This document shows positions 40,675-51,656 of a stretch of 64,000 nucleotides of DNA, piece by piece. Both the position numbers and the translations under genes were made by a program. Source of the DNA: Candidatus Hydrothermarchaeota archaeon (lineage in GTDB: Archaea; CAYFZR01). The stretch spans positions 12,200 to 76,199 of the forward strand of contig JBHIEG010000008.1 in NCBI GenBank assembly GCA_046760505.1. The letters are read 5' to 3'. The notes under the pieces are model-generated. The model did no database searches and was not told the origin of the DNA. It was given only the letters and a program-made list of their open reading frames with translations. The first letter of the stretch is position 1. Each line of letters starts with the position of its first letter.

Positions 40675-41202
40675 TTGGACGTTATTGAGGCAATTAAAGA
40701 GAGAAGAAGCGTGAGAGAATTTACCGATGATGATGTGAGCGATGAAATCGTTAGAGAAATACTTGATTGTGCAAGATGGGCTCCATCTGGGATAAACAAT
40801 CAGGCTTGGAGATTTATCGTTATAAAGAATAATGAAACAAAAGAAAAACTCTCAAAACTCACCCACTATGGGCGTATTATTAGAGAGTCAAAAGTCTGTA
40901 TAGCTGTTTTCCTAGATCTCAATGTTATGTATGACAGGACAAAGGATGTTCAATCAATCGGCGCCTGTATCCAAAATATGTTATTGGCGGTACATGCACT
41001 CGGTTTGGGAGCGGTATGGCTTGGAGAAATATTAAAGAACAAAGAAAAGGTTAGGGAGATTCTGGAAGCCCCAGAATTTTATGAACTCATGGCAGTGGTT
41101 GCATTGGGCTATCCGAAACCTAAAAAAAGGACTTCGAGTAGAAAGGATCTAAGTGAAATTACTTACTCAGAAACCTATGGAAACAAATTTGAGGTAGGTT
41201 AA
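40675..41202 (+). CDS. Nitroreductase family protein
   Basis: RRSVREF, APSGINNQAWRF, QNMLLA.HALGLG; GGAGGTGA RBS before TTG 40675. Confidence 0.93.
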   Translation: MDVIEAIKERRSVREFTDDDVSDEIVREILDCARWAPSGINNQAWRFIVIKNNETKEKLSKLTHYGRIIRESKVCIAVFLDLNVMYDRTKDVQSIGACIQNMLLAVHALGLGAVWLGEILKNKEKVREILEAPEFYELMAVVALGYPKPKKRTSSRKDLSEITYSETYGNKFEVG

Positions 41203-41204
41203 CC

Positions 41205-42347
41205 TTGAGGGAAGAGGGGAAATCCAAAGCAGAGATATTTAAAGAGTTGGAAAAATACAGGGACCTAGATTACAGATATGAAAATGGAAGAATACTGAGT
41301 TCCATGTGTACAATTCCTCACGAAATTGCGAAAGAAGTCTTCATGAATTTTTTTGAAACAAATCTTGGAGATCCTGGTCTCTTTTCAGGAACGAATTATA
41401 TAGAAAAAGAAGTAATATCAGCATTGGGCTCCTTACTTGGAAAAAACAAGGCATGCGGATACCTGGTCTCAGGGGGCACCGAAGCAAACATGATGGCGAT
41501 GAGGGTAGCAAGGAATCTGAAGGGAATTGAGAGGCCGGAGGTAATTATACCTGAAAGCGCCCATTTCTCATTCGACAAGGCAGGAGACGTATTAGGAATT
41601 AATATGCGTAAAGTTCCTCTAGATGGTAATTTTAGGGCAGATTTGGAAGCAGTAGAGAATTCTATAGGGAAGAACACCATAGCCATAGTCGGAGTGGCAG
41701 GTACAACTGAATTTGGAGTTATCGATCCGGTGGAAGAACTTGCAAAGTTATCCCTAGATTACGATTTGTTTTTACACATAGATGCCGCATTTGGAGGTTT
41801 CGTAATACCTTTCCTTAAAGAGATGGGATATAATCTTCCGGATTTTGATTTTTCAATAAATGGAGTCGATTCTATTACAATAGATCCTCACAAAATGGGT
41901 TTGGCTCCCATCCCAAGTGGAGGAATACTTTTTAGTGACCCTAAGGTACTAAAATATCTTGAAGTAGAAACCCCCTACTTAACTGAGCCCAAGCAATTTA
42001 CAATGGTTGGAACACGTCCCGGAGCATCTGCGGCCGCGACATGGGCTGTCTTGAATTTACTCGGTAGGAAAGGGTACAGGGAAATAGTAAAAAACTGCAT
42101 GGAACTCACATATTACCTAGCGGATGGTATAAAAAAGCTCGGACTTAAATTACCTGTTGAGCCCACTCTAAACGTGCTCGCATTTCATGTTGAGGATCTC
42201 GATGGTGTGATTAAAAGATTAAAAAAGGAGGGATGGATCGTATCTAGAACCAGGAAACCACCCTGTATAAGAATTGTCATAATGCCCCACGTAAAAAAAG
42301 AACATATAGACGATTTTTTGGAGACATTAGAAAAAATTCTGGGATAA
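41205..42347 (+). CDS. mfnA: Tyrosine/aspartate decarboxylase
   Basis: [38 protein letters not shown]. Confidence 0.92.
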   Translation: MREEGKSKAEIFKELEKYRDLDYRYENGRILSSMCTIPHEIAKEVFMNFFETNLGDPGLFSGTNYIEKEVISALGSLLGKNKACGYLVSGGTEANMMAMRVARNLKGIERPEVIIPESAHFSFDKAGDVLGINMRKVPLDGNFRADLEAVENSIGKNTIAIVGVAGTTEFGVIDPVEELAKLSLDYDLFLHIDAAFGGFVIPFLKEMGYNLPDFDFSINGVDSITIDPHKMGLAPIPSGGILFSDPKVLKYLEVETPYLTEPKQFTMVGTRPGASAAATWAVLNLLGRKGYREIVKNCMELTYYLADGIKKLGLKLPVEPTLNVLAFHVEDLDGVIKRLKKEGWIVSRTRKPPCIRIVIMPHVKKEHIDDFLETLEKILG

Positions 42348-42349
42348 TT

Positions 42350-42907
42350 ATGCTGGAAAAATTAAAGGAGAGTTTGAAAAACATACCCGTGATAAAAAAA
42401 GGTGAATATGAATATTTCGTCCATCCGATAACAGATGGCATACCCCTAGTGGAGCCCGAGGTGCTTAGAGAGGCTTCAACATACATAATAAATACGGTTG
42501 ACCTGAACGTGGATAAAATACTCACAATAGAAGCCATGGGTATACATCTGGCTACAACCCTATCTCTCATGACAGATCTGCCATTGGTGATAGTTAGAAA
42601 AAGGAAATATGGTCTCGCAGGAGAAGTGGCTGTTCATCAAGTGACTGGATACAGTAAGGGAGAACTGTACATAAATGGTGTAATGGAAGGAGATCGTATT
42701 TTGATTGTTGATGATGTAATAAGCACGGGTGGCACATTAACCTCAGTTATATCCGCATTAAAACAAATAGGAGCGATTATCACGGACGTTATAACCGTAT
42801 TCGAGAGAGGAGAAGGAGTAAGAGAAGTGAAAAAATCTACAGGAATAGATGTCAAGACATTAATCAGAATTGATGTGAAGGACGGTAAAGTTACACTTAT
42901 TGAGTAG
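42350..42907 (+). CDS. hpt: Archaeal hypoxanthine/guanine phosphoribosyltransferase
   Basis: [34 protein letters not shown]. Confidence 0.88.
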   Translation: MLEKLKESLKNIPVIKKGEYEYFVHPITDGIPLVEPEVLREASTYIINTVDLNVDKILTIEAMGIHLATTLSLMTDLPLVIVRKRKYGLAGEVAVHQVTGYSKGELYINGVMEGDRILIVDDVISTGGTLTSVISALKQIGAIITDVITVFERGEGVREVKKSTGIDVKTLIRIDVKDGKVTLIE

Positions 42908-42926
42908 TCAACTGTTTAGGGAAAAA

Positions 42927-43676
42927 ATGAAAATAACCATACTTGGTAGTGGATCTACACATGGAACGCCAAAAATAAACTGTCAGTGCAAAAATTGTAT
43001 TAGTGGTTTAAAACGCCTTAGATCCGGATTCATTGTTGAAACAGGGGATAAAAATATTCTTGTAGATCCAAATCCTGATATCCGGTTCCAGTTACTTGAG
43101 TACCCAAAAATGCCAGATGCGATAATCGCTACCCATATGCACTTTGATCATATTGGCGGTCTTGGAGATATTATCGGTGAAAAAATACCTCTTTATGCCA
43201 CCAAGGATGTTTTGGATTATTTGCTAGGATATTTTGGATACATGATAGAGGAGAACAGAATCGATCCAAATCCCATCAAGATCTTTCAGAAATTCAACAT
43301 AGGGGATGTAGAGGTAAAACTCTTTCCTGTGATCCATACATCAAGCCCTCTAACGTCAGTGGGCATAAAAATTTATGATGGTTCTGAGTTTGTGTATTCA
43401 GGGGACACAGGTTATAAGTTGGACGAAGAATCACTGTACACCATGAAAAAGGCTGATTTACTTCTCATAGAGGCAACATTTTATAAAGAACATTTTCCAA
43501 CAATCCATCTCCGTTTAGAAGATACCATAAGGCTTACTAAAGAATTAGATCCTGAAAAAGCAATATTTACACATATTAGCCACAAAAATCTCTCCCAATA
43601 TGATTTAGAGAAATATGTCGGACTCATATTCGACAATGTTTTGATTGCCAGAGACTTTATGCAAGTGGAGGTATAA
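42927..43676 (+). CDS. Metallo-beta-lactamase fold hydrolase (PhnP-like)
   Basis: LGSG...G.P...CQCKNC, THMHFDHIGG, YSGDT, THISH. Confidence 0.88.
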   Translation: MKITILGSGSTHGTPKINCQCKNCISGLKRLRSGFIVETGDKNILVDPNPDIRFQLLEYPKMPDAIIATHMHFDHIGGLGDIIGEKIPLYATKDVLDYLLGYFGYMIEENRIDPNPIKIFQKFNIGDVEVKLFPVIHTSSPLTSVGIKIYDGSEFVYSGDTGYKLDEESLYTMKKADLLLIEATFYKEHFPTIHLRLEDTIRLTKELDPEKAIFTHISHKNLSQYDLEKYVGLIFDNVLIARDFMQVEV

Positions 43677-43678
43677 CC

Positions 43679-44671
43679 ATGATATCTGATCAAGACATCA
43701 AAAACATCTGCGAACTCGTTAAGAACTACAGATCGATTTTCCTACAGCTTCCGGAAGGTTTAAAGAGGAAAGGTCCGGAAATAGCTAAAAAATTGAATGA
43801 TCTGGGGAAAGATGTTATAATCTCTGGAGATTCATGCTACGGTGCATGCGATCTGAGAATCAACGATGCAAAAATCTCAGGTGTAGATGCCATATTGCAC
43901 ATAGGTCATGTAAACATGGGACTGGATTGTGAGGTGCCCGTAATCTTCTACGAATTGGATTTAAAGTTAGATACTAGAATCGCTGAATTAATTGAGAAAA
44001 AAATGAATAAGCTTGACAAAAAGAGAGTTGCGCTCATATCAAATGTTCAGCACGTTAAATCCCTTCCTCTTATTAAGAAAAAATTGGAGGATAGAGGTAT
44101 TTCTGTTTATATACCAAGCGCGAGAGGACACGAAAAAATAGTATACGATGGTCAGGTTCTCGGCTGTTATTACAGGCATGTCGAGAAAATTTTGGATAGA
44201 ATAGATTGCATATTCTACGTTGGCACAGGAAACTTCCATCCGCTTGGAGTTTCTCTCTCAACTGATAAACCTGTATACTCAATCGACCCCTATACATCAA
44301 AGATTACATCTATGGATGAGTTAAAAGAAAAAATTCTGAGAAAAAGATGGGGCAGAATCGTAAGTGCGATGGATGCAAACTCATTCGGTATTATAGTGAG
44401 CAGCAAACCCGGACAATTCCGGCTTGAATACGCTAAACATATATGTGAAAGGTTGAAAAAGAAAGGAAAGGACGCATACATCATACTTATGGATGATATC
44501 AACAACTCGAAACTAATTTTCAACTTAGATGCTTACGTGGTAGTCGCCTGTCCCAGAATCGTGATAGACGATGCCGAGACATTTAAGTATCCTGTATTAA
44601 GTCCAACAGAGCTTGAAATTTCATTAAATAACGAAAAATGGAACGAATATCGTTTTAATCATCACGAATGA
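43679..44671 (+). CDS. dph2: Diphthamide biosynthesis protein Dph2
   Basis: LQLPEGLK, CYGACD, GQVLGC, G.FHP, K.GQ, ACPRI. Confidence 0.94.
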   Translation: MISDQDIKNICELVKNYRSIFLQLPEGLKRKGPEIAKKLNDLGKDVIISGDSCYGACDLRINDAKISGVDAILHIGHVNMGLDCEVPVIFYELDLKLDTRIAELIEKKMNKLDKKRVALISNVQHVKSLPLIKKKLEDRGISVYIPSARGHEKIVYDGQVLGCYYRHVEKILDRIDCIFYVGTGNFHPLGVSLSTDKPVYSIDPYTSKITSMDELKEKILRKRWGRIVSAMDANSFGIIVSSKPGQFRLEYAKHICERLKKKGKDAYIILMDDINNSKLIFNLDAYVVVACPRIVIDDAETFKYPVLSPTELEISLNNEKWNEYRFNHHE

Positions 44672-44713
44672 TTAATTTAAAAATCGAAAAACAAAAAATT
44701 CCGGGAAGATTGC

Positions 44714-46339
44714 ATGAAGCCGATGGGATACTCAGGAAAAATTGCAAGGATAGATTTGACGAGAGAAAATGTAAAGGTCCAAGAAATAGATAGTGAAACC
44801 GCCTACAACTTTATTGGAGGAAACGGCTTTGCTGTCAAGATCCTTTATGAAGAATTAATACCAAATACAGATCCTCTTTCTCCTGAGAATTTGATTTCAA
44901 TTTTTACTGGACCTGTGAATGGAACAAGGGTGCCGATGGCAAGCAAGTATTGCCTGGCATCAAAGTCCCCTTTAACAAGCACATTCTTCGACTCATACTC
45001 CGGAGGAGACTTCGGTCCTGAATTAAAGAGAGCAGGCTATGATGGAATCTTAATAAAGGGCAGGGCAAAGGAGCCAAAAATAATTGTAATAGAAGATGAG
45101 AGCATAGAAATACTTTCAACAGACTACTGGGGTCTCGACACCTATGAAACTCAGGATTCTATTAAGAAAGATTTTGGAGATTTCAAAAGTATCTGCATCG
45201 GTATAGCGGGAGAAAACCTTGTAAAGTATGCTAATGTGGTATCAAAGAACAGATTTTTTGGAAGAGGGGGTTTGGGCTCGGTTTTTGGTTCAAAAAACCT
45301 CAAAGCAATTCTTGCAAGGGGAGACAGAGAGATTTATGTAGCCGATTACGAAGAAATATCCAGTATCAATGAAGAGTTCAAAGAAAAAATCTCGGAATTA
45401 GAAGGATTGAAAAAGTACGGAACCCCAATGCTCGTAGAGTATCTCAATGAGAGGAACTTACTTCCCACCAATAATTGGAAGAATTTCAAACTGAAAGACT
45501 TTGAAGAAATTTCTGGGGATGAATTCAAGAATTTAAAAATAAAAACTAGATCCTGCCCCATGTGTCCTATAGCCTGTGGTAAAACCGTAAAAATTGATGA
45601 AATAATTTGTGATGGTCCAGAATATGAAACAATTTATGCATTTGGATCTTTATTGAACAATCTATCCAAAAAATCGATATTAAGCGCGAATCATCTGTGC
45701 AACAGATATGGAATTGACACCATATCCTGTGGTGTTACCATAGCATGTTACTATGAATTCGCTGGAAAAGAGGAGCCTATTGAGGATCTAATTGAGAAAA
45801 TTGCCTTCAGAAATGAAATAGGTGATATTCTAGCAGAAGGTTCAAAGATTTTTTCGGAAAAGAAAGACTGCAGAGAATATGCAATGCAAGTTGGGGGTCT
45901 AGAGTTGCCGGGGCACTCTCCAACGCTTTTAAGCATAGCACTGGGATACCTTACATCGGTTAGAGGATCGAGTCACCACGATTTTAGACCCACGGTAGAA
46001 TATGTGGGCTTGCTAAAAGATCTTTCTCCTGAGGAAATCGTGTTCGCAGTAAAAAGATCTCAGTATGCGGGAGCCATTAGAGATTCAATGGTTATATGTT
46101 CATTCGCGGAAAGAGCATACGGACACTTTGTAGGAGACATCCATGCTCGCATACTGAACGCGGTAACAGGATTCTCATACAAAGCAATTGATTTGGAAAG
46201 AATCGGCAAGAAAATATACAATCTTGAAATATCTTTTAACAGAAGAGAAAAATTGGAAGAAAAAAGCATTCCTGAAAGAATAAACGTTGATCGAGAAATT
46301 TTAAATGCGATGATAAGATACTACTACTCCAAGGACTAA
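44714..46339 (+). CDS. Aldehyde:ferredoxin oxidoreductase family tungstoenzyme
   Basis: KSPLT, GRGGLG.VFGSKNLKA, CPMCPIAC, GPEYET, GIDTIS, RG..H, ICSF. Confidence 0.9.
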   Translation: MKPMGYSGKIARIDLTRENVKVQEIDSETAYNFIGGNGFAVKILYEELIPNTDPLSPENLISIFTGPVNGTRVPMASKYCLASKSPLTSTFFDSYSGGDFGPELKRAGYDGILIKGRAKEPKIIVIEDESIEILSTDYWGLDTYETQDSIKKDFGDFKSICIGIAGENLVKYANVVSKNRFFGRGGLGSVFGSKNLKAILARGDREIYVADYEEISSINEEFKEKISELEGLKKYGTPMLVEYLNERNLLPTNNWKNFKLKDFEEISGDEFKNLKIKTRSCPMCPIACGKTVKIDEIICDGPEYETIYAFGSLLNNLSKKSILSANHLCNRYGIDTISCGVTIACYYEFAGKEEPIEDLIEKIAFRNEIGDILAEGSKIFSEKKDCREYAMQVGGLELPGHSPTLLSIALGYLTSVRGSSHHDFRPTVEYVGLLKDLSPEEIVFAVKRSQYAGAIRDSMVICSFAERAYGHFVGDIHARILNAVTGFSYKAIDLERIGKKIYNLEISFNRREKLEEKSIPERINVDREILNAMIRYYYSKD

Positions 46340-46341
46340 CC

Positions 46342-47376
46342 ATGTCTATCCTTCACGTTGGAATTTTTGGTAGCTATAATCACGGGAAAACAACCATAGC
46401 AAAAAAACTATCCCAAAGGGAAGGCACAGCAACAGATATAGCATTTTATAGTTTCAGGATGGGAGAAAGAACTGTTGAACTGGTAGACGTCCCTGGAGAT
46501 CCCGAAAAGATCCAGCCTGCTCTCCAGGTTGCAAGCATAATAGATGCTGGAATTCTTGTGATATCAGCGGTAGATGGTTTAACCGCAATGACTGGAGAAC
46601 ACATACTGATATTGGATTCTCTGAACATAGATCTTGGCGTCATAGCGCTGACGAAAGTAGACCTCTGTGACTCTTCCACGCTCAAAAAATTAGAAAGGGG
46701 AATCGAAGATATGGTCAGGGGAACTTCACTAGAAAGATTTCCCATGATAGAAACATCCACAGTAATAAACACGGGATTTGAGGAGATAAAAAACGAGTTA
46801 CTGAAAATTGAGACGCCTGAAAGAAAAGATGGGCCTTTTAAAATGCCTGTTGACCATGCTTTTGAAGTAAAAGCAAATACAGTCGCTACTGGAACAATAA
46901 AAAGGGGAAAAGTAGGTGTACACAAGACTGTTCAGGCTCTACCGCTGGAAAAAGAGATTTTTATAAGATCAATTCAATCTTACGGAGTTGAATTAAACGA
47001 GGCAAAGGCCGGTGACAGGGTTGGAATAGGTTTTAAAGAAATAAATCCCTGGGAGATTCCCAGAGGAACAGTTTTATGCGAGCCGGAATCTTTGAGCGTC
47101 TCCAAAGAAATAAAATGCAATTTGAGGGTCTTTGACTTCTATAAAGGGAGTGTAGAAAATGGTCAGAGACTCCATCTTTCCATAGGACTTCAATTTATCC
47201 CGGTCATCGTAAAATTGAAGGAAGAAATCAAGCCGGGTAAAGAAGCTGAGATTGAACTGCAAGCAGAAAAACCCGTTGTAACCGAGATAGGTGAGCCATT
47301 ATTCCTAACCAGACCTGAACTCCCATTCGGTCAGCTAAGAATTTGTGGCTATGGAAAAGTTATAGATCTAGGTTGA
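46342..47376 (+). CDS. SelB-like/EF-Tu-like translation GTPase (short, three domains)
   Basis: GSYNHGKTT, DVPG, TGEH, TKVD, PVDHAFEVK, IRSIQ, GDRVG, LRICGYG. Confidence 0.82.
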   Translation: MSILHVGIFGSYNHGKTTIAKKLSQREGTATDIAFYSFRMGERTVELVDVPGDPEKIQPALQVASIIDAGILVISAVDGLTAMTGEHILILDSLNIDLGVIALTKVDLCDSSTLKKLERGIEDMVRGTSLERFPMIETSTVINTGFEEIKNELLKIETPERKDGPFKMPVDHAFEVKANTVATGTIKRGKVGVHKTVQALPLEKEIFIRSIQSYGVELNEAKAGDRVGIGFKEINPWEIPRGTVLCEPESLSVSKEIKCNLRVFDFYKGSVENGQRLHLSIGLQFIPVIVKLKEEIKPGKEAEIELQAEKPVVTEIGEPLFLTRPELPFGQLRICGYGKVIDLG

Positions 47377-47979
47377 TTTTCTTAAATTCATTAGATTTAC
47401 CTTTCTCCAAATGAAAATCAGTAATAGGGCAAACAACGCCCCGAATACAAACCATATAAATATGTTAGGTTCTATATGCCTCACTATCATGGCTTTTTCC
47501 TCCATCACTGGCGCTTTTGCTGCTCTCTCTGCTTCAATTGCGAACTGTGGCTCTATTCCATATGTAAAGCGATAATAGAGTTTCTGAAATATGTAACCAA
47601 CGAAAGATGCACTCAGTAAAAAGTAAATTGCAAATAAAGCTTGTTTCAAAAAAATTCTCGTTTTTTCTTCTCCTACGGGAGTAATAATGATGAATTTATT
47701 TGTAGGTTCATATATCTTTATTTCCCTGCCCTTCTTGCTGTATTTTATATCCTTAACCTTTATTAAACCGCTTTCCAAAAGCCTCTCTATGTTGTAGTGC
47801 AAGGTGGGCAATCCGATTTCAAGTTTCTCAGAGATCTCTGTCAGGGATAGAGGCTCCTTGCACAATAGTTCCAAGATCTTTCTTGATGTAACATTTGCAA
47901 GGGTTTGAGAGATCTTCTTTGCATTGTCATCCGTCATCGGCAGTATTACAAGTCTCTCTTCGGGTTTCTCCTCATACAT
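47368..47979 (-). CDS. Membrane-anchored ArsR-type HTH regulator
   Basis: SRKILELL..LSLTEISEKL....LHYNIERL..SGLI..YSKKGRE; two hydrophobic segments. Confidence 0.85.
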   Translation of the reverse strand: MYEEKPEERLVILPMTDDNAKKISQTLANVTSRKILELLCKEPLSLTEISEKLEIGLPTLHYNIERLLESGLIKVKDIKYSKKGREIKIYEPTNKFIIITPVGEEKTRIFLKQALFAIYFLLSASFVGYIFQKLYYRFTYGIEPQFAIEAERAAKAPVMEEKAMIVRHIEPNIFIWFVFGALFALLLIFIWRKVNLMNLRKST

Positions 47980-48029
47980 AAAAATCTAACTTAAAATGTC
48001 CTTCAAGAGATTATAAGATTTGCCATTGC

Positions 48030-48045
48030 TTCAATCCATTTTGAA
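48030..48045. promoter_or_regulatory. Candidate operator palindrome TTCAA-N6-TTGAA
   Basis: Lies in the divergent gap between the ArsR gene and UPF0182. Confidence 0.3.
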
Positions 48046-48118
48046 CATATAACCCAGGTATTAAAGATTACGATATCAAACAAATAATTCATATACAAGT
48101 CGAGAGATTTATTATGAG

Positions 48119-50773
48119 ATGAAAGCATTCAACATCTTCAAACATTTAACAATTATCTCACCACTATTAGGTGTAATATTCATAATTTCTTTCATCAAGA
48201 TATATCCCGAATGGCTCTGGTTTTCTTCGGTAAACTATTCTTCTGTTTACTGGACAATCCTTTCGACGAAGTTAGCCATTGCGATTATCGTTGCCACATT
48301 TTTCTTTACTTTCATCTCGATAAACTTTTATCTTATGGATAGGGCGATGAAAAAATACGAAATCCCCGAAATAACTGACAAAAAAAGTAGCAAAATGATT
48401 TACGCCGGAATAGGTGTTTTTAGCCTGATCGTAGGAATCATTGCCTCATCCGCTTGGAAAACTGCTCTTCTCTATTTTAATCAGGTTCCGTTCGGAGTCA
48501 GTGACCCTCTTTTTAACCGGGATATCGGCTTCTACATTTTTTCCCTCCCTTTCTACTGGTTTGCTTGGAATCTCCTCTTTTACAGCGCTGTATGCTCTCT
48601 TGCAATTGTTTTTCTGGTTCCCTTTTACAATCAGAGGATTCCTTTTGAATATCTGCCCGAACAAACCCCCGAGTTAATGGTTAATCACTACATCTTGGGG
48701 GGTCTCGTCTTTTTATTGCTGGCACTCAGATTCTACCTAAACCGTTATGAAATCCTTTATTCTACAAGCGGAGTTGTTTTTGGTGCTGGTTACACGGATG
48801 TACATATAAAACTCCCGGTTCTAACTCTGCTCACAGTTACGTGTATATTCGGAGCAATCTGTATATTTTTGGGCTCCAGATTCAGGAGAAAAACTCTTCC
48901 ACTAATTGGAGTGTTGCCACTCCTCATTATTTTTATTCTCGGTCTCTTAATACTCCCCGGAGTCGTGCAAAAATTTAAGGTAGAGCCCAATGAACTTGCA
49001 TTGGAATCTCCCTACATCGAAAACAACATAAAGTACACAAATCTTGCTTACGGCCTTGATAAGGTTAGAGAAAAACCTTTTCCGGCGACAGCAAATCTAA
49101 CCTTAGAAGATATCGAGAAAAACAAGGGTACGATAGAAAACATAAGGCTCTGGGATCATAGACCTCTAAAGGCAACTTATGGCCAGATACAGGAAATAAG
49201 GCTCTACTACGAATTTCATGATATTGACATAGACAGATACGAAATAGACGGAAATTACAGGCAGGTTGTTCTCTCTGCAAGGGAACTCCTACCAGAGAAA
49301 TTAGATCCAAGAGCAAGAACATGGGTAAATCAGCACTCTGTTTTCACTCACGGCTACGGAGTCGTTATGAGTCCTATAAATATAGCAACCGAGGAAGGGT
49401 TACCTGAGTTAATAATAAGAGATATTCCACCGGTCTCAAGAACAGATGACGTAAAACTCAAAAGACCTGAGATATACTACGGTGAAAGAACCGACGATTA
49501 TGTAATTGTCAGAGGAAATATCAAGGAGTTCGACTACCCCAAGGGAGAAGAAAACGTATACACTACTTATGGAGGAAAAGGCGGAGTAAAATTTGGCTCT
49601 TTCTTTAAAAAACTAGCCATGACTCTCAGATTCGGTGATTTTGAACTCTTCATAAGTGAATACATCACCCCAGAAAGCAGAATCATGTTCTACAGAAACA
49701 TCAGGGAGAGAACATCCGAGATAGCTCCGTATCTAATGTATGATCGCGACCCCTACGTTGTAATTTCGGAGGGAAAAATCTACTGGATCATAGACGCCTA
49801 TACGGTAACAGATAGATATCCATATTCAGAGCTTAATGGAAGAATAAACTACATAAGAAACTCAGTAAAGGCCGTAATTGATGCATACAATGGTAACGTA
49901 ACATTCTACATCGTAGACACAAATGATCCCATAATAAAAACCTACTCTAGAATGTTCCCAGATACATTCAAATCCTTCGATGAAATGCCTGATGAGATTA
50001 AAAAACATATCAGGTATCCAGAAGACCTTTTCTCAATTCAAGTGGAGATGTACGGCTCATATCACATGAAAGATCCTCAGGTTTTTTACAACAAAGAAGA
50101 CATGTGGATCATACCCAAGGAAGTATACGAAGAGAAAGCGCAAACAATGACTCCATACTACATAATCATGAAACTGCCTGAGGAAAAGAGAGAAGAGTTT
50201 TTGCTCATGATACCCTACACTCCTCTCAAGAAGGACAACATGATTGCATGGATAGGAGCCAGATGCGATCCACCTAAATACGGTGAACTGGTTTTATTCA
50301 GGTTTCCAAAGGGAGAATTGATATACGGTCCATTTCAAATTGAGGCTAGAATTGATCAAGATCCTGAGATTTCCAAGCAGATATCCCTGTGGAGTCAGAG
50401 AGGTTCTAGGGTGATAAGGGGCAATTTACTTGCTATACCCATAGAAAAATCCATCATTTATGTGGAGCCCCTGTACATAAGATCCGAAAAAGGAGAACTT
50501 CCAGAGCTTAAAAGAGTAATTCTTTCTTTCGCCATGAAGGTTGTTATGGAAGAAAACTTAGCAGAAGCCTTGAACAAGATGTTTGGAAAAAGAGTAGCCA
50601 CGAAGGAAATATCTGAAGCCTTTACAATAAAAGAAATGGTTGCAAAAGCTCTTTACCACTTTAATAAGGCTGAAGAGTACTTGAAAAAAGGCAACTGGAC
50701 GGGCTACGGAGAAGAACTCGGAAAAACCAAGGAGATGCTCGCAACCTTAAACGCAACACTAGGCAAATCTTAA
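48119..50773 (+). CDS. UPF0182 family membrane protein
   Basis: WLWF, DPLF..DIGFY.F.LP, GAGYTD, NIRLWD, THGYG, NYIRNSVK, VIRGNLL. Confidence 0.94.
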   Translation: MKAFNIFKHLTIISPLLGVIFIISFIKIYPEWLWFSSVNYSSVYWTILSTKLAIAIIVATFFFTFISINFYLMDRAMKKYEIPEITDKKSSKMIYAGIGVFSLIVGIIASSAWKTALLYFNQVPFGVSDPLFNRDIGFYIFSLPFYWFAWNLLFYSAVCSLAIVFLVPFYNQRIPFEYLPEQTPELMVNHYILGGLVFLLLALRFYLNRYEILYSTSGVVFGAGYTDVHIKLPVLTLLTVTCIFGAICIFLGSRFRRKTLPLIGVLPLLIIFILGLLILPGVVQKFKVEPNELALESPYIENNIKYTNLAYGLDKVREKPFPATANLTLEDIEKNKGTIENIRLWDHRPLKATYGQIQEIRLYYEFHDIDIDRYEIDGNYRQVVLSARELLPEKLDPRARTWVNQHSVFTHGYGVVMSPINIATEEGLPELIIRDIPPVSRTDDVKLKRPEIYYGERTDDYVIVRGNIKEFDYPKGEENVYTTYGGKGGVKFGSFFKKLAMTLRFGDFELFISEYITPESRIMFYRNIRERTSEIAPYLMYDRDPYVVISEGKIYWIIDAYTVTDRYPYSELNGRINYIRNSVKAVIDAYNGNVTFYIVDTNDPIIKTYSRMFPDTFKSFDEMPDEIKKHIRYPEDLFSIQVEMYGSYHMKDPQVFYNKEDMWIIPKEVYEEKAQTMTPYYIIMKLPEEKREEFLLMIPYTPLKKDNMIAWIGARCDPPKYGELVLFRFPKGELIYGPFQIEARIDQDPEISKQISLWSQRGSRVIRGNLLAIPIEKSIIYVEPLYIRSEKGELPELKRVILSFAMKVVMEENLAEALNKMFGKRVATKEISEAFTIKEMVAKALYHFNKAEEYLKKGNWTGYGEELGKTKEMLATLNATLGKS

Positions 50774-50882
50774 GTATTGCAAATATAATTGTAATATACA
50801 TTTGGAAGATTATAAGTATGGCTTCCTGCCTATAGTCGTAGAGCGAGCAATATATTATCACAATAGTTTTTGGGGTGGAGAG

Positions 50883-51584
50883 ATGGTCAAGATCCAGTGG
50901 TTGGGACATGCGGGTTTTAGGATATCGAACAAAACCACGATCATCATAGATCCTTTCCTAACCGGCAATCCCAAAGCAAGAGTGAGTTTAGAAGAAATAG
51001 ACAGGGCAGACATCGTATGTGTTACACATGGACACGGAGATCATTTAGGTGATTCAATAGAAATTGCAAAAAGGCACAACTCCACGCTCGTTGGCATCTA
51101 TGAGGTAGCGGTTTTTGCAAACAAGAAGGGGATAGAGAAGGTAGAACCCATGAATATCGGGGGAACCATACGTATCGATGACATAGAAATAACCATGACG
51201 GAGGCTAAACATTCCTCTGATATAGTTGACGCAAATCTTCCGGGAGGACATTCATGCGGTTTTGTAATCACTATTGATGATTTAAGAATCTATCATGCCG
51301 GTGATACATCCCTCTTCTCTGACATGCAGCTGATTGGTGAGGTATACAAACCTGATGTAGCCCTGCTACCTATAGGAGACAGATTCACGATGGGACCGAG
51401 GGAAGCGGCAATGGCCTCGGAACTGATAAGACCGAAGGTTGTAATACCAATGCACTACAATACCTTTCCGCTGATAACACAAGATCCAGAACATTTCTCT
51501 CGCTGTGTAAAATCTTTGGTACCCGAAGTAGAGGTGGTACTACTCGCACCAGGAGAAACTTATTCCGTAAAGAAGAAAGATTAG
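50883..51584 (+). CDS. UPF0173 metal-dependent hydrolase (MBL fold)
   Basis: WLGHAGF, IDPFLTGNP, THGHGDH, YHAGDT, PMHYNTF. Confidence 0.92.
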   Translation: MVKIQWLGHAGFRISNKTTIIIDPFLTGNPKARVSLEEIDRADIVCVTHGHGDHLGDSIEIAKRHNSTLVGIYEVAVFANKKGIEKVEPMNIGGTIRIDDIEITMTEAKHSSDIVDANLPGGHSCGFVITIDDLRIYHAGDTSLFSDMQLIGEVYKPDVALLPIGDRFTMGPREAAMASELIRPKVVIPMHYNTFPLITQDPEHFSRCVKSLVPEVEVVLLAPGETYSVKKKD

Positions 51585-51656
51585 TTTCCCTACTGATCTC
51601 TAGTTACCTATAGTTATTGCCCCGTCCTTTTATCGAAATTTCGGCATATGTTACAA

